Part shown: positions 57,765 to 64,000 of the stretch, piece by piece
Layout of the letters: each line of letters starts with the position of its first letter
How positions within the stretch are numbered: the first letter of the stretch is position 1
From: an uncultured Armatimonadetes bacterium
Lineage (GTDB): Bacteria; Armatimonadota; UBA5829; DTJY01
Direction: 5' to 3'
DNA: 64,000 nucleotides
NCBI GenBank assembly: GCA_963717145.1
Contig: OY970325.1
Span: 3,680,001-3,744,000 of the forward strand
The notes under the pieces: model-generated
What the model saw: only the letters and a program-made list of their open reading frames with translations
Database searches by the model: none
Told to the model about the DNA's origin: nothing
Made by a program: the position numbers and the translations under genes

Positions 57765-58119
57765 CCCTTATGTCATCTAGGTCGGAGACTGAATCAGGCA
57801 AGGGCTTTCCTCCATGAGTCTCCAGGACCTTCCGGTGAAATTCCTTGAGGTTGTCTAGTGTGTCCCTCAGCACTCTCCTGCGCGCATCCGCGGACGTGGT
57901 CCAGCAAACGGCGACTCCCTCGCGAACAAGTTCGGCGGCGTACTCAAGAGCTTGCTTGATATCCTCGGGCTCAAGCTCCGGGTAGTCTTCGATGATCTCG
58001 GCAGGCGACTTCCCGACCGCAACCAGATCAACTATCAGATGAACCGGTATGCGCAGGCCGCGGATACAGGCCTTCCCAAAGCAGATGTTCGGATCAGCAG
58101 TGATTCGCTCCAGTTCCAT
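57754..58119 (-). CDS. DUF433 antitoxin-like protein with extra C-terminal segment
   Basis: RIT.DP.IC.GK.CIRG.RI.V, YPEL..EDI..AL.YAA. Confidence 0.85.
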   Translation of the reverse strand: MELERITADPNICFGKACIRGLRIPVHLIVDLVAVGKSPAEIIEDYPELEPEDIKQALEYAAELVREGVAVCWTTSADARRRVLRDTLDNLKEFHRKVLETHGGKPLPDSVSDLDDIRDGS

Positions 58120-58307
58120 GGCTTTCACCTCGCGCATTATACCACGTGGTTCAAAGATCTGGTTAGTTCAGGCACAAGTGGTTGCCGATGGAACTGGAAT
58201 GCACAGATCGTGCGTCGAACAATACAGGGCATCACTTTTCCGAACCGAATCCGCCGGAACGCACTACACACCTAATGAGAGCGCGAAATCCGGACTCGAG
58301 GATCCAG

Positions 58308-58892
58308 ATGACGGACATCGACAAGCGCACGATAGCGGGTCTCCTTCGAGGCGATGATGCCGCCTACGTGGCGGTCATCAACGCCATGAAGCATCCCGTC
58401 CACAGGTTCGCCCTGCGGCTTTGCCGGGACTCAGCCACGGCCGAGGACATCACGCAGCAAACCTTCCTCGCGGTGTGGCAGAGCATCGGATCGTTTCGAT
58501 GGCGGTCGAAGTTCTCGACCTGGGTCTTCGGCATCGCATATCGCCAATACCTGCTGCTGAGGCGACAGGGCGAGCATGCGGTCGAGACCGTCCCGCTGGA
58601 GGAATGGCACGAGACGGATGACTCACCCGACATCGGCTCGGTGCTGGTTGCCGAAGACGAGCGGGCGAGAATCCGGAGAGCGGTGTATGCCCTGCCGGAC
58701 CCGTACCGAGAGGTCGTATGCCTCGTCTATCTGGAGGGTTTCACATGCCGTGAAGCCGCCGAGGTGCTCGATGTCCCCATCGGGACCGTCAAGTCACGGA
58801 TCAACGGCGCGCTGAAAATCCTGCGCGAAAGGCTCGGGGAAAGTGAGGATCTGGCTGATGAAAAGCGACAGCCCGAGAGTTCACAGGCATAA
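58308..58892 (+). CDS. ECF RNA polymerase sigma factor
   Basis: AEDITQ.TFL, FSTWV..IA, EAAEVL.VP.GTVKSR. Confidence 0.93.
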   Translation: MTDIDKRTIAGLLRGDDAAYVAVINAMKHPVHRFALRLCRDSATAEDITQQTFLAVWQSIGSFRWRSKFSTWVFGIAYRQYLLLRRQGEHAVETVPLEEWHETDDSPDIGSVLVAEDERARIRRAVYALPDPYREVVCLVYLEGFTCREAAEVLDVPIGTVKSRINGALKILRERLGESEDLADEKRQPESSQA

Positions 58893-59739
58893 CCGCCTGA
58901 CAGCATTCATCCACAGGATTCTGTGTGTCACTTGCAGGCGCAGCACGAAGGAATGGACTCGTCTTAGCCGTGGAATCGAGCGGCTTGAAGACGAGCAGTT
59001 CCCGCCGTCGCTCGATGAGAAGCTGCTCGCCGATGCGATGACGGCATCAGCGAGAGCCCGCCAGACCTCGCCGATCCGATCCCGCGCATCGGAGGTATTC
59101 ACTATGAGAAGAGTGACATACGCGGCGGGATTCGTCGTGATCCTGCTGCTCGTCGGAGCGTTCCTGTTTCCGCGGATGAGGGGGAATGCCGCTATCGCAG
59201 ACGCCATGCAGGCGATGGCAAGCGTCAAGACCTGCCACTTCACCGGCTCGATGCTGAGCGAGAATGGCAACAGAATGGAGATCGAGGGATGGTTCAGAGC
59301 CCCTGACCGGTTGCATGTACATAACGGGGATTCGCACGAGTCCTATCTCCTTGACGGCAAAGAGATCATCATCGAGCGGGACAAGGTGACGATCAGCAGG
59401 AACGACACGGACGTCCAGTCGATATTCGTCGGCGGACTCTTCAGAAGGGCGATGTCGCTGTATCAGTACTTCGACAAGGTGGACGTGAAGCAGGATGTGC
59501 TGCCCAACGGCCACGAAGCCCTGGTGATAGCAGCGCATGAGAAGCAGCGTTACTACGAGGGAACGGCCGTCTTCACCATCGACAGGGCCACCGATCTGAT
59601 GGTCAGCATGCGGGAATACAACAAGCAGGGCCAGCTCACCAATGAGATCGACAACTTCGAATACGACGTGCCGATCCCCGACTCGGCCTTCAAGGTCGAG
59701 ATCCCCGATTCCCTGCCCGTGACCGACAACACGAAATAG
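58858..59739 (+). CDS. Anti-sigma factor (ZAS motif, one TM helix, LolA-like periplasmic domain)
   Basis: HRILCVTC, TM segment, C-terminal ..YDVPIPDSAF. Confidence 0.8.
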   Translation: MKSDSPRVHRHNRLTAFIHRILCVTCRRSTKEWTRLSRGIERLEDEQFPPSLDEKLLADAMTASARARQTSPIRSRASEVFTMRRVTYAAGFVVILLLVGAFLFPRMRGNAAIADAMQAMASVKTCHFTGSMLSENGNRMEIEGWFRAPDRLHVHNGDSHESYLLDGKEIIIERDKVTISRNDTDVQSIFVGGLFRRAMSLYQYFDKVDVKQDVLPNGHEALVIAAHEKQRYYEGTAVFTIDRATDLMVSMREYNKQGQLTNEIDNFEYDVPIPDSAFKVEIPDSLPVTDNTK

Positions 59740-59898
59740 CCACCAACGGGGGCCTTCCCGGCCCCCATCACCCCAACACTCCAGTACTCCAATACTCCAT
59801 TACCCCACCTCTCCAGCACTCCGTGCTATAATCCCATCGAACCGTTTGCCCCTGAAACCTGACATACATAGTGAAAGCGCAATTCGCGGAGTGACTGA

Positions 59899-60054
59899 GT
59901 GGCAGAAATCGGTCCGTCGACAATCGAGGCTCTTCGCAGAGGCGACGAGCAGGCATACGCTGCAGTCATCGAGGAGCTGATCGCTCCCGTGTACAGATTC
60001 CTTCTGCGCCTGTCCGGCGACTCCGGAACGGCGGAGGACCTGGCAGAGAGATGA
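59899..60054 (+). pseudogene. Truncated paralogous ECF sigma factor (51 aa)
   Basis: MAEIGPSTIEALRRGDEQAYAAVIEELIAPVYRFLLRLSGDSGTAEDLAER* aligns with the N-terminus of 58308-58892. Confidence 0.8.
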
Positions 60055-60087
60055 AGCCGGAGGCTACCCGGCCTCCGGCTCTTTCTC
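60046..60087 (-). terminator. Hairpin ending the convergent gene block
   Basis: agccggaggc-tacccg-gcctccggct. Confidence 0.55.
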
Positions 60088-60089
60088 GG

Positions 60090-61214
60090 CTATTGCAGCC
60101 ATGCAATTCTGGCCACCGGGTCCCACTTCACTGTTGCTCCAAAGTACTCGGCCACAGCTCGGACCGGTATCACGAGGTCGTCGCCCTGCTTCTTGGGGAC
60201 TGTGGGGAGACCGAGTGTCTTGCCATTGGCAACGGCATTGCGCGCGCCCGGCAGCAGAACTACCGACTTGGCGCCGGCTCCGCGAGCGGAAAGCGTGACT
60301 GAGCCGCGGGCATTGTCCTTGTGCACATTGAGCTTGAGCAGCCGTCCGATCTCACTCGCCGGTGCGGTCAGCACGTCACCATCGAGACTGCTTCCATCGG
60401 GCAGAGATGGACCGTCATCCGATACGATCATCGGCGGCCAGTCTCGTTGGCCCGAATGAGCAATCTCTTTCAGGCATACGTCGATCATCTGGTGTGGAGT
60501 CTCGGTTACTTCAGGGTGCTTCCTTCGGAGGAAGTCCACCCCCAGCGTAAGTCCCTGCAATGCCTGCCCATAGCTGTCTGTACGCCAGTACAACATACCA
60601 AGCTCATTTGCGGCACCCAGAACGATCCGTTCCTCGGGGAAACTGGCCTCCAGGCCCATATCAAAGGCAGCCACCCTCTCTGCTATGTGTATGGCCAAGA
60701 CATGGCTATCCGAGGTACCGAGTCTGTCAGCGTAGTAGGCCTGGCGCAACAGAATCTTCGCTTCATCGACCGTCTGGATCTGGCTGTCGCCAGGACTACG
60801 CTGACTCTCGTTTGCCAGCTTTCTGCGGCACTCTGCGATGGCGCTCGTGAGGTCAGACTTGGCCTCATTCGGGTGCTTCTTTCTGAACAGGCTTTCCCCC
60901 AAAGTGAACGCCTCCAATGCCTTCGCGTAGTCCCTTGCGTCCCAGTAGGCCCAACCGAGGCGCGACATGGCGAACATATGCACGCTAGTGTCTCGATAGT
61001 GTGCCTCGAAGCTGGGATCGAACTCCACCACTTTCTTCATAAGCGCGATAGCTTGATCGAGGTGAGGCGTGACCGTGTATTGCAGATGATATGCCTCAAG
61101 CAGGCAGGCTTTGGCCTCATCGGGATTCGCTATCTTGTCTGGAACGGCAGCCTGTGCAAACAGGCCCGAACCCGCGAGCAGAAGAATGGCTATGGCAATA
61201 ATGATCCTGGTCAT
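60090..61214 (-). CDS. Secreted TPR-like protein with C-terminal copper amine oxidase N (stalk) domain
   Basis: Signal peptide; duplicated helical unit; IPVRAVAEYFGA.V.WD. Confidence 0.75.
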   Translation of the reverse strand: MTRIIIAIAILLLAGSGLFAQAAVPDKIANPDEAKACLLEAYHLQYTVTPHLDQAIALMKKVVEFDPSFEAHYRDTSVHMFAMSRLGWAYWDARDYAKALEAFTLGESLFRKKHPNEAKSDLTSAIAECRRKLANESQRSPGDSQIQTVDEAKILLRQAYYADRLGTSDSHVLAIHIAERVAAFDMGLEASFPEERIVLGAANELGMLYWRTDSYGQALQGLTLGVDFLRRKHPEVTETPHQMIDVCLKEIAHSGQRDWPPMIVSDDGPSLPDGSSLDGDVLTAPASEIGRLLKLNVHKDNARGSVTLSARGAGAKSVVLLPGARNAVANGKTLGLPTVPKKQGDDLVIPVRAVAEYFGATVKWDPVARIAWLQ

Positions 61215-61234
61215 CTCAGTTCTCCGTTCATGGC

Positions 61235-62746
61235 TCAGTGCAGTTTTGTCTTGGATGCACAGCCTGGATTCGTTGTGCAGTAGAAATTGGCGATGGGCTC
61301 GTTGTTACGACCGGGACACGGATACCTCATGTTACACAGACTGGTTCCCGGGTAGTGGTGCGCTATACTGACGGCGTGCGCTAACTCATGGGCGATCACC
61401 TGTGAGATGATCGCCCCGTCATCCGGATCGACAGTTGTGGGGTCATGAGTTGGATCAGTCCACCCGCGGATCCATTCAGGATATATTCTAACCTCTGTAA
61501 CACCGCAGGGTATGTTTGGTCCTCCAAAGCAGTAGCCCGCCTCGTAGTTAGGGTCATATCCAGCATCAAGCAGCAGTATGCCGCACTGATTGTTGTCCTG
61601 ATTGTAGTTCACTTTGCGGGTGGAGCTGTCCCACTCATTGGCGTTGATGGTGTGCGCCTCCAGTCCCAGGGCGCCGAACGAGCCAAGTCCCAGGCTGTCC
61701 TTGTCGCGGATGTACACGTCCTTCTTGCTATCGGGGTCTGTTCGTGTATGATCCCCAGCAATCATGAAGCCTCGGTACTCATCGAAGCGTGAGAAGCCGT
61801 CACCCTTATTCAGTCCGACCGGCGTGTCCTCGTCATCATCCCAGCGCGTTCCTGGCGTCCCGTCCGGCTTCTTGTCGTGGGCCCAGGCATCTGCGATCAG
61901 GTTGTGGTTCGCGTCGTTAGGTATAGTTCCAAGCCATTCCTTCGGGTCCGTCCCCTCTACGTAAGCATCCTGATCGACGTACACGTGAGCACTCGCATAA
62001 AACCAGGCAAATGCACCGTAATCATGACAACTAATACCGATCGTCGCCTGATTGACCTGAGAGGCAGTAACTGCCCAGTCCGGAGAGGTGTTCCACCCGG
62101 CCTGATTGGGGGTGAATTCCAAGTCCGGATCAGTCCCCGTACCGGCATTACAGCATGTCCCCGTCCAGTTGAAATATGACTGGAACGTGAAGTACACCCA
62201 GATCATACCTTGTACACCTTCTGGCCTTATTGTGACCGTCATGCTCGTTGTGCTGTCAACTGCAGGAATCCAGCCGGAACTGCACTTGCTGATCGTGACG
62301 TCCCATACTTTGACGGTTACCGAGTTATCCGCGTCTGTCGTCACCGGTCCTTCATCATAATGCTTCTTGGGGTCCGCGGGACCGTCATCGATCGTCAGCG
62401 TCACCACGTATATGCCGACTTCCTCGAATGTGTGCGTCACATTCTGACTGTGCGCATTCGGCGTGGTATCCCCGAAGTCCCATTCCCAAGAATTGATGTC
62501 ATCGTTAACGAGCACGGGATCGCAGAAATCGTCCTTGTCGGATGAGTTGTTATCATAGAAGCTTGCTTCCCCCCCGACCGGCACATAGATGACATGACCT
62601 GTATTGCCGGTTCCAGGGCCGGTGCCCGTTGCCCTGGCGACAGGCGGGGTACCCTGTTCGTACCAGAAGCACAATCCCGGGAGACTGCTCATGACCATCA
62701 GAAAGAGCGCCAGCACCATCGCATATGGGAGTATTCTTGTGGACAT
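61235..62746 (-). CDS. Secreted PKD-domain protein with C-terminal zincin-like motif
   Basis: WEWDFGD...HTF...G.Y.VTLT; GDGFS.FDEYRGF; AHELAHAVSIAHH then CNM. Confidence 0.7.
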   Translation of the reverse strand: MSTRILPYAMVLALFLMVMSSLPGLCFWYEQGTPPVARATGTGPGTGNTGHVIYVPVGGEASFYDNNSSDKDDFCDPVLVNDDINSWEWDFGDTTPNAHSQNVTHTFEEVGIYVVTLTIDDGPADPKKHYDEGPVTTDADNSVTVKVWDVTISKCSSGWIPAVDSTTSMTVTIRPEGVQGMIWVYFTFQSYFNWTGTCCNAGTGTDPDLEFTPNQAGWNTSPDWAVTASQVNQATIGISCHDYGAFAWFYASAHVYVDQDAYVEGTDPKEWLGTIPNDANHNLIADAWAHDKKPDGTPGTRWDDDEDTPVGLNKGDGFSRFDEYRGFMIAGDHTRTDPDSKKDVYIRDKDSLGLGSFGALGLEAHTINANEWDSSTRKVNYNQDNNQCGILLLDAGYDPNYEAGYCFGGPNIPCGVTEVRIYPEWIRGWTDPTHDPTTVDPDDGAIISQVIAHELAHAVSIAHHYPGTSLCNMRYPCPGRNNEPIANFYCTTNPGCASKTKLH

Positions 62747-63825
62747 TACTGTGCCACCCCCAGATCTTCCACCATTTCACCTGCCCGCACTTTCGCCTCT
62801 TTCCCCCAGTCATTCTTTGGGTATTTCTGGGCGAGCAGATTGTACGTGGACAATGCCTCGACCTTCTTCCCTATCCTGGCCTGGCTGTCACCCATCACAT
62901 AGAGAATGTAGACTTCCCAAGAGGCCGGAGGGTTCTTCGCTAGTATGGATTGGCATTCCGTCACCACCTCTGCAAAGCGCTTCTCCGAGATATAGCTGGC
63001 AGTCACCTCGGCCATCATCCACCAGGTGAAGTAGTTCTCGGGAAGAGTGCGCAAGGCATCTTGGAGAATCTGGCGACCCTTTGCCGGATCGTTGTGGAAC
63101 CGATCATCGGCGAGGTCCTTACCCTGGTAGATATACCATTGGGCCAGCCTGATACGCGACCATGCGACCTGCTTTATCTCGGTCGGATACTCTTTCTGCA
63201 CGCTTTCCAAAAGTGCAAACGCCTTTTCCAGTTCAGCAATATCCGCACTCTTGTACCATTTCTGGAACTGGGCGGTGCCTGCGAGGACAACAGACTCAGC
63301 CTTTACCGCCAACGCCGTCTTCATATTGTCCTTTACGGCTGCAAAGTTGCCGAGCGCCTGGTCGAGGTCAAGCTCACCGACCTGAAGCCTGGCGAGACGA
63401 AACTTCGCGAGTTGGGCTTCGGAGGTATCAGGATACCGACGCGTTACCTCAAGGAATGCATTGTAGGTATCCGGTCGCTTGGCTTTGCTGGCCAAATAAG
63501 CCAACCTCAGAAGCGCATCCGGGGCTTTGGGGCTGGAGGGGTGCAAGTCAGCAACCTGATGGAAATGTGTTTCCGCAAGCGTGAGATCTTTCTGCTTGAT
63601 GGCTATGTAGCCCAGTTTCCATGTGGCCTCTACTGCTTGGGCAGTTTCGGGGTATTGAGTGGCAATCTGGGTGAACAGGCCCTTCGCAGTGTCCACATTC
63701 CCGGTATCGAGTGCATTGTAAGCTGCCGTGAGGCTTTCCTGGACAGTTGCGGCCTGGGCCGACATTGCCAAGAGAAGCAGAATGAAAGGGAGCGCCCAGT
63801 ACTTCGGCCTACCTAGGATAGACAT
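62746..63825 (-). CDS. Secreted TPR (BamD/YbgF-like) protein
   Basis: Signal peptide; repeated ..YP.T..A..A..LG/LA units. Confidence 0.8.
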   Translation of the reverse strand: MSILGRPKYWALPFILLLLAMSAQAATVQESLTAAYNALDTGNVDTAKGLFTQIATQYPETAQAVEATWKLGYIAIKQKDLTLAETHFHQVADLHPSSPKAPDALLRLAYLASKAKRPDTYNAFLEVTRRYPDTSEAQLAKFRLARLQVGELDLDQALGNFAAVKDNMKTALAVKAESVVLAGTAQFQKWYKSADIAELEKAFALLESVQKEYPTEIKQVAWSRIRLAQWYIYQGKDLADDRFHNDPAKGRQILQDALRTLPENYFTWWMMAEVTASYISEKRFAEVVTECQSILAKNPPASWEVYILYVMGDSQARIGKKVEALSTYNLLAQKYPKNDWGKEAKVRAGEMVEDLGVAQ

Positions 63826-64000
63826 ACATACCTCCTCTGATTAGTGTTCAGTGCAGAAGTCGTAGTGTCGGTAGCCAAAGAACACGGCATCACCCGCCTT
63901 TTGCGTGTACTGGTTACATCAGCAATCAGTACCATACCTGTGAGCTTGCTGATCATTGATTCCCAGTTGGTATGATATACCATAGACCGGGTGAAGTCAA

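Noticed and set aside
63838-64000. C-TGA-C read-through (selenocysteine) in a minus-strand frame at the window end
   Set aside because: That frame has a second TGA, another frame is open, no SECIS is evident and the gene is cut off by the window.
1-64000. tRNA, rRNA, prophage or defence-island genes
   Set aside because: No cloverleaf or rRNA signatures, phage structural genes or integrase were recognised by eye.

Overview
64 kb of high-GC bacterial chromosome, probably Armatimonadota. This is inferred from a PEP-CTERM protein, copper-amine-oxidase-N stalk domains, an ...SSGMLV... C-terminal module on a secreted FGE protein and many secreted glycan enzymes. Housekeeping genes (serC, rplY, ddl, acyl-CoA dehydrogenase, signal peptidase I, GlcD/GlcF-like) are mixed with a long run of secreted carbohydrate-active enzymes, several toxin-antitoxin modules or remnants, ECF sigma/anti-sigma modules and one complete 1.5 kb IS66-type element with an 8 bp target duplication. 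Many palindromic and short-period repeats are present, and several sit in frame inside genes. No tRNA, rRNA or CRISPR array was seen. Best leads: (1) a Rex-family repressor that has lost its NAD(H)-binding residues and gained an 11-Cys N-terminal domain, with Rex boxes just downstream of its own consensus promoter; (2) a RAM-trpD-trpC-trpF-FeS cluster whose TrpD has substituted anthranilate-binding residues; (3) a NiCo-type riboswitch followed by a second unexplained structured leader upstream of a P-type ATPase; (4) GTAG-type REPINs, one translated inside a sugar isomerase; (5) a HEPN toxin apparently replaced by hicAB behind its MNT antitoxin. Several genes are frameshifted, possibly by sequencing errors. 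All family calls are by eye from motifs; no searches were run.
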